Assembly (NCBI RefSeq): GCF_004010195.1
Contig: NC_057718.1
Coordinates: 89,896,128 to 89,960,127 of the forward strand
Reading direction: 5' to 3'
Origin: Chiloscyllium plagiosum
Lineage: Eukaryota
Length of the DNA stretch: 64,000 bases
Both the position numbers and the translations under genes were made by a program. How positions within the stretch are numbered: the first letter of the stretch is position 1; every line of letters begins with the position of its first letter. Shown here one piece after another: positions 51,324 to 63,595 of the stretch. The notes beneath the pieces are model-generated. The model ran no database searches. It was not told where the DNA came from and saw only the letters and a list, made by a program, of their open reading frames with translations.

Positions 51324-53237
51324 GCTAGTGGTTTAACCCGAGGGTCACCAAGCCTCAGCCGAGGGGAGGGGTTGAGAAGTAGAATCCTTCATGGTAACCA
51401 GTCAGTGCAGAAATTGAATTAGTGCTACTGGCGTCACTCAGCCTTGCGAACTTATGTCTCGAAGTATTTTGCAAAGTAATTGAACAAAAATTTATGAAAA
51501 ATACTAAAGTTTAGAGAGCTTATGATTGATGTTTAAGGTTTAAATGCTTGTTGAAAACTTGTGCATTTGAATGTCTATTTATTTAGCATGTCACAAAGCC
51601 AAGCAATAGTCTGGACTGTGGCCAAAAGGAGCTCTTTAAACGCACCTTCACATTTCATTAATGGACTCCTTGACGAGAGATGATGTTTGGACTGCAGCAC
51701 AGCCTGCAATCTGGATGCTCTTAGTGAGCCCCTTGATGCTGGGTCATTGCACACATGCCTTGGCCACTCTGGAAACTATTCAAGGGGGACCACTGCCACT
51801 GCCACATTGGCAGATCAAAGCTGGGTGGGACAGCAGTGAGGTCGATGATGAGAGAATGATTTCTGCAGCGAGGTTTTCTCCTGGCAAAGATCATGGGCTG
51901 TTACTCTTTGGCGTGGTACATCTGGCGTGGTGTGAGAGATGGCAGATTGCTAGTGGGTTGAGGAGTGGGTAGGCTTGGGTTGAAATAGACCTTCCCCTTC
52001 TCGGTTTAGACCTTTCCGGTTGCAAGTTGTCGCTCAGAACTGGTAATCCAGGGATGGAAGGTTAATCAGGGATTACCCATGAGGATGCACATTTGGTGTG
52101 GACAGATTGGTACCACAATTGGGAGCAGGAATCTGCAGTGGAGTATGTGATGGTGAAGGCAGAGATCTTTTGGGTCTTGGCCTGTAATTTCCTACAAGGC
52201 ACTGCTAAGTTTGTTTTTCTTTACTGCAGGAGGTGCAGTTACTGCTTGTTGAAAACATGGTCTCACTCCTCCCTTTGCCACTTAGTTATGCAGCAAGGAA
52301 AGAGACCCTTCAGTCCAACCAGTCCATGCATTTCTACAACTTTCAGAGACCTGCTATCCCTCCACTCCCAATCTTGATTGTATCACCAATTTTAATTTCT
52401 CTTACATCCTCAGCTGCCTTGGCCATAAGCTTTGGAATTTTCACCTTAAACCTCTCAATCTTTCAACCTTCCATGCAGACAGCCCTTAAAATCCATCTCT
52501 TTGAACGTGCTTTGGGTCACCTGCCCCTAGTAGATCAATTTGTGGCACAATGTCACATTTACTCTGAATATGGTCCTCGAAATGCCTTGAGACTAATTTA
52601 CTATGCTGAAGATGATTTATAAATGCAGTACAAACAGAAAATGCTGCAAACACTTAACAGATAAAGCAGGAGCTCTTGACAAAATTTTAACTCCTTTTTC
52701 TCTCTGTAGATGGTGCCTGACCTACACTTAGAGAATTTCTTGTTTTTAATTTCAAATTTCCAGCAAAGGTTACATTTTGCTTTTTTTAAAAATAAATGCA
52801 AGTTGCTTTATGTGACATTTCAATAGCACATGCTTTAAAAGTGTGTTAATGGTATTCCTCTATGCCTCAGTATATGAATCTGTTATTCAAAAGTTTGCAA
52901 ATTCAGGCACCAGAGTGGACACTAAAATTTGTGCTAAACTATTGATTCAAAATAAAAACCCTTTTAAATCTCTATGAAAGTCTTTTCCTGTCTAATTCAA
53001 CACATGATTGTCAGCTAATGAAATAAGTGTCAGTGACAGTGACCACAAGACTATCATCAATGGTCATGAAACCTGATTCACAAAGCTGTTATACTTACTG
53101 TTCTGGCCTATAGATAACTCTCGCTTCATAGTAATGTGGCTGACACCTTAACAACTTGGGAAAAGACTGATGAAACCACTCAGTTCAGAGCACTTAGGGA
53201 TGGGTAAAAAATGCTGGCCTTGCCATGGGTGCCAACA

Positions 53238-53835
53238 TAGAGTCATAGAGATGTATGGCATGGATGGGTCCAACCCATCCATGCCGACCAGATATCCCAA
53301 CCTAATCTAGTCCCACCTGCCAGCACCCGGCCCATATCCCTCCAATCCCTTCCTATTCATATACCCATCCAAATGCCTCTTAAATCTTGCAATTGTACCA
53401 GCCTCCACCACATCCTCTGGCAGCTCATTCCATACACGTACCACCCTCTGCATGAAAGAGTTGCCCCTTAGGTTTCTTTTATATCTTTCCCCTCTCACCC
53501 TAAACCTATGCCCTCTAGTTCTGGACTTCCCAACCCCAGGGAAAAGACTTTGCCTATTTATCCTATCCATGCCCCTCATAATTTTGTAAACCTCTATAAG
53601 GTCACCCCTCAGCCTCCGATGCTCCAGGGAAATCAGCCCCAGCCTGTTCGGCCTCTCCCTGGAGCTCAGATCTTCCAACCCTGGCAACATCCTTGTAAAT
53701 CTTTTCTGAACCCTTTCAAGTTTCACAACATCTTTCCTATAGGGAGGAGACCAGAATTGCATGCAATATTCCAACAGTGGCCTAACCAATGTCCTGTACA
53801 GCTGCAACATGACCTCCCAGCTCCTGTACTCATAC
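53238..53835 (-). mobile_element. Young CR1/HER1-type LINE 3' fragment with an open frame
   Basis: ORF 53307..53810 LQLYRTLVRPLLEYCMQFWSP...RGHRFRVRG; tail (ctctatga)n. Confidence 0.93.
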
Positions 53836-54049
53836 TCTGACCATAGGCTGCCAATTCAATGCATTATAGAGGCAACTCAATGTAGTGTCTTCATCATGAT
53901 GCATCACATATCTTCATCCCAAACATTACCATCACCAATAACCTGCAGACTGAGGCTTAGGCTGGGTTCTACCAGGGTTTGCTTCTCCTAACCTCATTAC
54001 AGCCTTCCTTCAAACATGGTCGAAAGAGCTGAACTCGAGAGATGAGGTA

Positions 54050-55390
54050 AGAATGACTGCCTTTGTAACCAAGACTATATTTGGTCAAATGTGGCGTCAA
54101 GGAGCCCTATCAAGGGTGGAGTCAATGGGAATCAGGACGAAAAATCTTTGCTGGTTAATATGTGGCATTTAGGAAGATGGTTGTGGATGTTAGAGACCAG
54201 ACATCTCAGCTCCACGATATCATTGTAGGAGTTCCTCAAGGTAGTGTCCTAGACCCAAATATCTTCAGGTACTTCACCAAGGACCTTTCCTACATCGTCA
54301 AGGAGAGAAGTGGGGATGTTTGTCAATGACTGCACAATATTCAACGTCATCCGCGATTCTTCAGATACTGACATTGTCCATGTCCAGATGCAACAAGATC
54401 TGGACAATATCCAGGCTTGGGCTGATAAGTAGCAAGTAACATTTGGACTGCACAAGTGCCGGGCAAAGGTCATCTCCTACAAGCAAGCTGCTAACAATCA
54501 ATCATTCTTGATGTTCAACGGCACTATCATTGCTGAATCTGCCAGCACCCGGCCCATATCCCTCCAATCCCTTCCTATTCATATAACCATCCAAATGCCT
54601 CTTAAATCTTGCAATTGTACCAGCCTCCACCACATCCTCTGGCAGCTCATTCCATACACGTACCACCCTCTGCATGAAAGAGTTGCCCCTTAAGTTTCTT
54701 TTATATCTTTCCCCTCTCACCCTAAACCTAGGGTGATCTTGGGGATTACTATTGACCTGGATCTAAACTGAACTAGCCATATAAATACTGTAGCTACAAC
54801 AGTAGGTCAGAGGCTAGAGGTCCTTCAGTGAATGACTCACCACCTGACTCCCTAAAGGCTATCCACTATTTACAAGGCACAAATCAGGACTGTGGAATAC
54901 TCTCCACTTGGTTAGAGAAGTGCAGCTCCAAAAATACTGAGGAAGACTGACATCATCCAGGAAAAGCAGGTCCACTTGTTTGGCACCACGTCCACAAACA
55001 TTCACTCCTCCATTACCAATGCTCAACGTTACCATATACAAGATGCACTGCAGACATTCTCTAAGGCTCCTCCGACAGCAACCTCCAAACCCACAAACAT
55101 TATCCTCTGAAAGGACAAGGGCCGCTGATACAACACCACCTACAAATCCACTGTTGGGCCAAAGGGTTTGCCACTTGCCATCCTGACTTGGTAATGTATG
55201 ACTGTTCCTTCGGTGTCTATGGGTCAAAATCCTGGAGCTCACATATGCCAATCTATCTACAGCACGTGTTGATTGTCAATAGCAACTGTGGTTCAATAAG
55301 GCAGCTCACCACCACCTTCTCAAGTGCAAATAGGGATGGGCAATAAAGGCTGGCCCAGGCAGTGATGCCCAGATCCCATGAATGAATAAA
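54050..55390 (+). mobile_element. Old CR1-group LINE (RT and 3' part), interrupted at 54539-54730
   Basis: GVPQGSVL, MQQDLDNIQAWADK; tail gggatgggcaataaa...catgaatgaataaaa. Confidence 0.8.
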
Positions 55391-55433
55391 AGAACAAGTG
55401 AAACAATTCAGGACAAATTTGTTCCGCACTGAC

Positions 55434-55530
55434 CTTTATCGCCAACACATTTCTGACGCCCTTTATGCATAACTGAAAGCACCAGCCGGTTAAAGCACTT
55501 GAAGAAAGTAGGTGCTGCATTAAACAAAAC
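55434..55530 (-). CDS. URB2: URB2 coding exon
   Basis: cacAG/GTCAGT; 97 nt; VLFNAAPTFFKCFNRLVLSVMHKGRQKCVGDK(G); phases fit both neighbouring exons. Confidence 0.93.
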
Positions 55531-56066
55531 CTGTGGACCAATGCAAAGGATCCCAGTGAATGATAATACTTCCATTAGGGCAACAAGTAATAATTAAAGG
55601 CAGACCATTCCAAAAATACTCCCCTTTTCAAAAATGCCACACCCTTCAGTTAATATTGAGCCAGTCCCGCATTCTCTCCAGGTGTCCTGTTAATCCCAGA
55701 TCAGTAGGGTCCCAGATGAAGACGGCCATGTCGGGTGAATCTGGCCGAGAGCCAGCTGTCTGATACAGTCAGCTCCACCAGTCACATGTAAAGTTAGAGC
55801 TAGTTTTTTCCAGTGAACGCAAAGGAGGACAAGAATGTCACAGTAATCAGCCCCTCATGTCACAGAATCCCTACAGTGTGGAAGCAGGCCATTTGGTCCA
55901 TCAAGTCCACACCAACCCTTGAAAGGGCATCCCACCCAGATCCACCCCCATCCTACCCCGTAACCCTGTATTTCCCACGACCCATATAAATAAAGTTGCC
56001 CTCTGTTCCACGTAAAAGGATTTTCATTAGCAGTTTTGCTTTAAGAACAAGGTTCCTGTAGAGCAA

Positions 56067-56247
56067 TGATTTGGAGGAGCTGGTGTTGGACTGGGGTGGA
56101 CAAAGTTAAAAATCGCACAACACCAGGTTATAGTCCAACAGGTTCTTTTGGAAGCACTCGCCTTCGGAGTGCTGCTGCTTCCCTCCGAAAGCTAGTGCTT
56201 CCAAATAAACCTGTTGGACTCTCACCTGGTGTTGTGTGATTTTTAAC
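56067..56247. mobile_element. Palindromic Penelope-derived element (second family) with 12-bp TSD
   Basis: cctgtagagcaa at 56055-56066 and 56248-56259; arms gttaaaaatcgcacaacaccagg / cctggtgttgtgtgatttttaac; central hammerhead partly deleted (ctccgaaagctagtg remains). Confidence 0.85.
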
Positions 56248-57673
56248 CCTGTAGAGCAAGGCTTCCTAAGGTCATAACCCTTCGAGGGATCAGTTGCCAA
56301 AATATTAGGGGGTCACATCATTCGATGTACAAACGGCTGTCTGAGCTCCTTTAAAGCATTGCAGTTTTTAAAAATATTATGTTTGACTCAACTGCTTGAT
56401 CGTCAATCCTGTCCTAAAATTCCCCCGGAAAAACCCTGGGAGTAAACATATCCCACTGCCTCCATCACAGCTCTTTTCAATCCCCTCAACCTGTCCACAG
56501 TCATTCATCACCCAGCAGACATCTTAAATCTCCTATCCCCACAGGCACAATAGCCCCACCCCCATTCCATACAGGCATTTCTCTCACTCAACCCCTCACA
56601 AAAGCATCTCCCCTCTCCCCCTCCACAGGTGACCCCTCTGTACTCCCGTCACACACTCAGCTCTAGGTGATACTGAGCATTGAAAAGAGGTCACGATGAA
56701 AAATGTGTTTGGGAAGTCCCACTGAAGTGCAAAATCAAACAGCAAACATGATCATGAAATATTATATTTTTAAAGTCACCCTAATTTTAAATAAAGTGAA
56801 AGTATAATAGAAAACTGAATGCAACAGTGTACTATACCTTTAACCACCAGTTCACTGTAGCTTTAACTGTCAGTGGACTTTCTATAACGGGATGATGGTA
56901 TGCTAACATCTACCAATTCTTCAATCCCATCAAAAGGGGTGGGGGGTGGACTCTGATAGATTCCAGTAAAGGAGGTAACAGCCCTCTCTACCACCATCCT
57001 GAAAAAGGCTAGGCCCTCAGCACAGGCCTCTCCTGACACAGGTTCACAGTTAATTGTCCATTTAATGGCCTCATTTGGCGCACTGAAACTGTAGGAGCTG
57101 CTGGTACTTAGGTGTGGACAAGGGTCGGCACATTGGCATTAATGAGCTCCACATACCCCATCTTCAAACCCGTTGGTGGACAGGAACATAGGAACAGGAG
57201 TAGGACATGGAGTCTACATATACTACATCCATTGGCTCTCCCTTTTCAACTTTGTTAGTAATATCATCAAAACTTCCAAGAAACTTCGAAATACAATTTC
57301 CCATTCACTAATGCTTGCTCTTGATGTCCAATCAGATCATTATCAACCAGGTGTCTAGTGATCACATCTTTTTCCCTTCTATTGAGGTAAGGCAAAGGTC
57401 CTGGTTTTGACTCTGGTCTCCAGCATCTACAGTCCTCCTCGTTGACTAATGCAGCCCACAGTAACTTATCCAGGCCACACTCGAAATTTGCTGTCTCACC
57501 ACCTCATCAGGCACAGTGCAAGGCAAGACAATCAGGACAAAATCTGACTGGCAAGGTCAGAAAAGGAGGCAGTCCCATCCTGTAGCTGCATCCTCCAGTG
57601 CAGGGGTCAGCAGACTAGTTTGGAACAGGCATTGAGAAGAGGACCCTTATTACACCCAGTAGCACCTGCTTAC

Positions 57674-57916
57674 CTTAGTCTGAGACTGCACTATAGCAAA
57701 CAGCACCTCCTGGATGGCTCGAAAAATAGATCCATACTCATCCAGCTGAAAATGGTCGAGTGGAACACACAACAAAGCATTAAACGCAAGCGTCACATGA
57801 TGTGGGTTCGAGAGAATGCCTTCTCCCTGCTGGACCAGAATTGCCAAGGTCTCCAAACTGAGCACAGTGATCCTAAAGCCCGCGGCCTGATCCAGAGCTG
57901 CTTCCTTACACAAAAC
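57674..57916 (-). CDS. URB2: URB2 coding exon
   Basis: ttccAG/GTAAG; 243 nt; VLCKEAALDQ...LVQQGEGILSNPHHVTLAFNALLCVPLDHF...VLFAIVQSQTK. Confidence 0.95.
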
Positions 57917-58209
57917 CTGGAAAAACCAAAGTGATTCAAAGGTAACAGTGAAAGGTTGTCAACAGTCAGTGCACCGCATGGTAAGTTCAAACTGTAAGTG
58001 GGTATTAAGAATTCTGAAATCTGACATTCTGGGTTCAAGTCCCCTTTCAAGGGATTCGGAACAACAAATCAGACTGACACTCCGGTACAGCACTGAGGGA
58101 GAGTCACACTGTCACAAGTGTTGATTGTTTGGACGAAATTTTAAAGAGGTCCCACTTGCTTGCTTTGCTGGATTTAAGAGATCCTAAGGCACTATTTTAA
58201 AAAAGAGAA

Positions 58210-58945
58210 TTTGAATAAATGTGAGGCGTTGTGTTTTGGTAAAGCAAATCAGGGCAGGACTTATATAGTTAATGTTAGGGTCCTGGAGATGTTGCCATCA
58301 AAGAGACCTTGGGGTACGAGTTCATAGTTCTTTATCGGTGGACTCACGGGTAGACAGGGTAGTGAAGGTGGTGTTTCGTACAAATGCCTTTATTGGTCTG
58401 TGCATTGAGTATAGGAGTTATGTTATGGGGAGTATAGATGTCACATTGCGGCTGTACACTTTTGGAACACTGCATTCAATTGTAGTCTCCCTGCTATAGA
58501 AAAGATGTTGTGAAACTTGAAAGGGTTCAGAAAAGATTTACGAGGATGTTGCTGGGGTTAGAGGGTTTGAGCTACAGGGAGAGGGTGAACAGGCTGGGGC
58601 CGTTTTCCCTGGAGTGTCAGAAGCTGAGGGGTGACCTTATCGAGGCTTATAAAATCATGAGAGGCATGGATAGGGTAAATAGCCAAGATCTCTTCCCCAG
58701 GGTAGGTGAGTCCCAAGCATGAAGGCATAAATTTGAGTTGAAAGGGAAAACATTTAAAAGGGACCTAAGGGACAACCTTTTCATGCAGAGAGCGGAATGA
58801 GCTGTCAGAGGAGGTGGTGGAAGCTGGTACAAAAGGCACCTGGATGGGGACATAAATAGGAAGGTTTAGAGGGATATGGGCCAAATGCTGGCAAATGGGA
58901 CTAGATTAATCCAGGATATCTGGTCAGCATGGACGAGTTGGACAG
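58210..58945 (+). mobile_element. CR1/HER1-type 3' part; its tail resumes at about 59425-59455
   Basis: KLERVQKRFTRML...LRGDLIEAYKIMRG. Confidence 0.9.
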
Positions 58946-58946
58946 A

Positions 58947-59422
58947 ATCCTTACATTGTGGATGCAAGCCCTTTGGCCCAACAAGGGCTCCGACCCTCCG
59001 AAGAGTATCCCACCCAAACCCATTCCCTTACATTTCCCTGGCTCATGTGCCTAACCTACACATCCCTGAACACTACGGGCAATTTAGCACGGCCAATTCA
59101 CCTAACCTACACATCCCTGAACACTACGGGCAATTTATCAAGGCCAATTCACCTAACCTACACATCCCTGAACACTACGGGCAATTTAGCACGGCCAATT
59201 CACCTAACCTACACATCCCTGAACACTGCGGGCAATTTAGCATGGCCAATCCACCTAACCTACACATTTTTGGAGTATGGAAGGAAACTGGAGCACCCAG
59301 AGGAAACCCTTGCAGACACGGGGAGAATGTCTGCACACAGAAAGTAACCTGAGGCTGGGATTGTACCTGGGTCCCTGGCACTGTGAGGCAGCAGTGCTAA
59401 CCACAGAGCCACCGTGCTGCCC
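58947..59422 (-). mobile_element. HE1-type V-SINE, full length, with expanded internal 51-bp tandem unit
   Basis: Minus-strand tRNA-like head ggcagcacggtggctctgtggttagcactgctgcctcacag, V-domain, and units at 59050, 59101, 59152, 59203 and 59254 (partial). Confidence 0.9.
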
Positions 59423-60964
59423 CACTTCCATGCTGTGTAACTCTATGACTCTGTGATTATTTTCCTGGGGCCCTGGCCAATATATATCTCGCAATCAGAA
59501 TCACAAAAATAGATCCTCAACATTATCACATGGCTGTTTGTGGGAGCTTGCTGTGCACGAATTGGCTGTCCTACATTATAACAGCTTCTACACTTCAAAA
59601 CATACTTCATTGTCTGTAACATGTTTTTAAAATGTCTGGTGACTATAAAAAACGTTACGTGAATGTAGGTCTTTTTTTTATTTTTAACAAGCCATGAAAG
59701 ATTATTGATAACAGGATAGTGAGGCAAGTTGTATTATTGGAATCGTAACCCTGGGTTAGATAGATTCTGGGTTCAAAGGGCAGGTCCTGGGATAAATCTG
59801 GTCATTTGTCTGCTCCCAGAAAGAGACCTTGAGAAGTTGCTAAATCGAGGTAATAAGCCAACTGGCTCCCTAATAATGTTTTGTAAAGTGTTTCTGCCAA
59901 ACGTGCCAGATCTGGCCTGTACATGATTCCAATCCCACACAACATGGCTGACTCCTAACTTCCCCAAGATCACCTAGAGATGGGCAGCAGGCTCTTGGCA
60001 ATATCTTTACAATTATCTGCTGCTTTCTAAGAAACAGGGCATAATTACTGTAGTGGTATTTCAGTGGAACCAAGTGACAGTGCAACAAGTGATGTCTTAT
60101 TGATTAGCACCTTCATAATAGATCTGGATGTATAACTGGTTAGGATGCGAGTTGAATTACAGTGATAGGTTTTTTTAAAACTCATGAATGTGGATGCTGC
60201 TGGCAAAGACAAAGTTTGTTAATTGGTCCAGAACAGAGTGGCTTGCTCGGCCATTTCAGAGAGCATTTAAAAGTCAACCACATTGCTTGGGTTTGGAGTC
60301 ACATATAGACCAGACTAGGTAAGGACAGCAGATTTCTTTCCCTAAAAGGACATCAATGAACCAAATGGGTCTTTCACAATAATTGACGACAGTTGCATGG
60401 TCACCGTGACTGAGACTAGTTCTTGAATTCTGGATTTCATGAATTAATTCAATTTAAATTCTACCAACTGCTAGGAGGGAATTCACACCTATATTCCCAA
60501 ATTATTAGCCCAGGTTTCTGGATTACTAAACTGTTGATGTTACCATTATACCACCATTTCTCCCTTGTTTAGATGAGGATGGTCTTGGGTCAGTAACTGA
60601 CCTTTGATGGTGAACAGGCTAATGGCAAATAATGGGAGATGTGGAGTTTGACAAACATTATGAGAGTAAATGTTTGGGAACCAACTGGATCCGCTCATAC
60701 GAGGGTTGCCCTGGTTCATTCTGGCAATGCAAAAATGATTTGGTCTTAATGGGATCTTGCTGAGCACAATTTGGCTGCAAAATGGTGATTCCCCCGCAAA
60801 ATGCATGTTGCTGTTAATCACCTTAGGACATCTCAAGGATGTTCTGTTTTGAAATTCTGCATTTGGTCACTAAGGCACAATATTCACAGGATCCTCAAAC
60901 AGTGGACACAGCTATCCCTTTCCAATTGTTCCTCAAAATGGTGCTGAAAAATGTTACTCCTGCT

Positions 60965-61492
60965 TCTGGGTCTCCTTCCTATCGGAAAGATGTTGTGAAA
61001 CTTGAAAGGGTTCAGAAAAGATTTACAAGGATGTTGCCAGGGTTAGAGGATTTGAGCTATAAGGAGAGGCTGAACAGGCTGGGGCTGTTTTCCCAGGAGC
61101 GTTGGAGGCTGAGGGGTGACCTTTATAGACATTTATAAAATCATGAGCAGCATGGATAGGATAAATAGACAAACTTTTCCCTGGGGTGGGGGAGTCCAGA
61201 ACTAGAGGAGCATAGGTTTAGCGTGAGAGGGGAAAGATATAAAAGAGATGTAAGGGGCAACGTTTTCAGGCAGAGGGTGGAACGTGTATGGAATGAGCTG
61301 CCAGAGGACGTGGTGGAGTCTAGTACAATTGCAACATCTAAAAGGCATCTGGATGGGTATTTAAATAGGAAGGGTTTGGATGGATATGGGCTGGGTGCTG
61401 GCAGGTGGGACTAGATTGGGTTGGAATATCTGGCCGGCATGGACGGGTTGGATCGAAGGGTCTGTTTCCGTGCTGTACATCTCTATGACTCT
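60965..61492 (+). mobile_element. Young CR1/HER1-type 3' fragment ending next to a URB2 donor site
   Basis: SPSYRKDVVKLERVQKRFTRMLPGL; tail ctctatgactct. Confidence 0.92.
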
Positions 61493-61498
61493 ACTCAC

Positions 61499-61609
61499 CG
61501 TTAGCGCCATGATGATCTGAGGAGCTATAAACCAAAGAGCCTTTTCTACATCTCCACTTAGGGGACATTTCAAGAGCAGGGCTGTCAGGTTCAAAGACGA
61601 CACCACATC
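61499..61609 (-). CDS. URB2: URB2 coding exon
   Basis: ttcAG/GTGAGT; 111 nt; DVVSSLNLTALLLKCPLSGDVEKALWFIAPQIIMALT (recalled human [27 protein letters not shown]). Confidence 0.92.
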
Positions 61610-61684
61610 CTGAATCAAATGGACAAAGCAAGCCAGAGTGAGGCTGTGAGAGAGTACAGATTGCCTCAAAGAGAGCGACTAACA

Positions 61685-61895
61685 GCAAGTGAGGACTGCA
61701 GATGCTGGAGATCACGCTCGAAAAGTGTGGCGTTGGAAAAGCACAGGAAGTCAGGCAACATCTGAGGAGCAGGAGAATTGGGCATAATGTGTGACGGTTC
61801 ATTCCCAATGAAGAGCTTAAGCCTGAAATGTCGATTCTCATGCTCTTCGGACGCTGCTGACCTGCTGTGCTTTTCCAACAAGACACTCTCAAACC
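61685..61895. mobile_element. Palindromic Penelope-derived element filling most of a 303-bp URB2 intron
   Basis: Inverted family arms; degenerate core ccaatgaagagcttaagcctgaaatgtc. Confidence 0.75.
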
Positions 61896-61912
61896 AGAAC
61901 ATGACATCTCAC

Positions 61913-62073
61913 CTGATGCTGTCCTTTCCAAAGGTTGGTGACCTCAAGGCCCTGTGCGATGAACTTTACAATGAGGTAAAACTGCTGCTGTGTACACCTA
62001 TCAATGAAACAGTGGAGCAGTTCGACGAGATGAATTTCCAGCGAGTGAATGAACTGCTGCGTCACCCTTGGAG
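61913..62073 (-). CDS. URB2: URB2 (ribosome biogenesis factor) coding exon; upstream exons lie beyond the window
   Basis: Minus strand ctctccAG/GTGAG; 161 nt; PRVTQQFIHSLEIHLVELLHCFIDRCTQQQFYLIVKFIAQGLEVTNLWKGQHQ, similar to recalled human ...QGLDVSNMWKADVQ. Confidence 0.88.
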
Positions 62074-62244
62074 CTGGAGAGGCACAGAAAACAACTTGGT
62101 TACATTTGCACGATGGAAAGGAGAGCAGTTTAAAAGCTGAAGTATGCTAACATTGCACTCGCTTTATAGAGACGGAGAAATGAACAGGAAACAGTTTGAT
62201 GCATCATAAATGTCCCATCACGCAACAAGATTTATACAATCTTT

Positions 62245-62800
62245 CAGATGCCACATTTGGAGTATTGAGTGCAGTTTTGGGCCCTATATCTCAGGAAGGA
62301 TGTATTGGCCCTGGAGCACGTTCAGAGGACGTTCACGAGAATGGCCCCAGGAATGGAAAGCTTAATATATGAGGAACATTTGAGGACTCTGGGTCTATAC
62401 TTGATGGAGTTTAGAAGGATGAGAGGGGATCTAATTGAACATACGGAATACTGAATGGCCTGGACAGAGTGGATGTTGGGAAGATGTTTCCATTGGTAGG
62501 AGAGACTAGAACCTGAGGGCACAGCCTCAGAGTAAAGGGAAGACCTTTTAGAAAGGAGCTAAGGAGAAACTTCTTCAGACAGAGAGTGGGGAATCTGTGG
62601 AATTCATTGCCACAGAAGGCTGCGGAGGCCAGGTTATTGAGGATATTTAAGACTGAGATGGATAGGTTCTTGAGTATCAAGGGGATCAAGGGTTACAGGG
62701 AGAAAGGGGGAGAATGGGGTTGAGAAACTTATCATTCATAATTGAATGGTGAAGTAGACCTGATGGGCTGAACGGTCTAATTTCTGCTCCTATGTCTTAT
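62245..62800 (+). mobile_element. CR1-type 3' fragment
   Basis: QFWALYLRKDVLALEHVQRTFTRM; tail tctgctcctatgtcttatg. Confidence 0.88.
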
Positions 62801-63264
62801 GCATCAGCAGGCCTCCAGCATCTTCCAAACCTACAACCACTTCCATCCAGATGGACAAGAGCAGCAGAAACATGAGAACATCATCCCCTGCAAGTTTCTG
62901 TCCAAGCCAGTCACCCTCCTGACTTAGAAATAGATTGTCATTCCCTCACTGTCATTGGGTCAATGTCCCTTTGTAACAGCACTGTGGGCGTTGCTGCATC
63001 ACAAGAATTGCAGCAGCTTAAGGAGGGAGCTCACCAGCACCTCCTTCAGGGCTGGACAATAAATGCTGGCCCAGCCAGTAACACCCACATCCCGTGAAAG
63101 AACCAAAAGAATAAGAAATTCAAAATCTGTGGTAGCCCTTGCTCTCCATCATGGATTCATACAGATTCCAATTTGTACCCTCCACTGGCTGTCCAGGATT
63201 TCATTCTGAGATTCACCCATTAACCGTGTCCTAAAGCACTGTCTCCTCCTTTAAGGTGCTCCTT

Positions 63265-63595
63265 ATAGAATCATAGATCCCAACAATGTGGAATCAGGCC
63301 ATTCGGCCCATTGAGTCCACACCACCCATGCGAACAGCATCCCATCCAGGCCCACCCTCTTACCCTACGTTTCCCTTGGTTAACTCACCTATCTGCAAAT
63401 CCCTGGCAATTTAGCACAGCCAATCCACACTAACCTGCACATTGTGGGAGGAAACCAGAGCACTCGAAGGTAACCCCACACAGACACGGGGAGAATGTGC
63501 AAACTCCACACAGACAGTCGCCAGAGGCTGGAATCAAACCCAGGTGCCTGGTGCTGTGAGGCAACAATGCGAACAATTGAGTCACCATGCCATCC
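63265..63595 (-). mobile_element. HE1-type V-SINE
   Basis: cagacacggggagaatgtgcaaactccacacagacagtcgcc V-domain and tRNA-like head. Confidence 0.85.

Larger units (their letters stand above)
58000..59680 (+). mobile_element. Deu-domain SINE split in two (about 58000-58210 and 59458-59680) by later insertions
   Basis: Head and aagagatcc..ggcactattt, resuming at cctggccaatat..gctgtttgtgggagcttgctgtgc. Confidence 0.7.

Noticed and set aside
53307..53810. 167-aa open frame as a host gene
   Set aside because: It is the CR1 ORF2 C-terminus, present in many copies in the window.
57620..57934. Plus-strand 104-aa ORF (likewise 61778..62140)
   Set aside because: Antisense shadows of URB2 exons with no independent support.
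59050..59267. Regularly spaced repeats resembling a CRISPR array or a repeat protein
   Set aside because: Units are contiguous with no unique spacers and lie inside a eukaryotic SINE.
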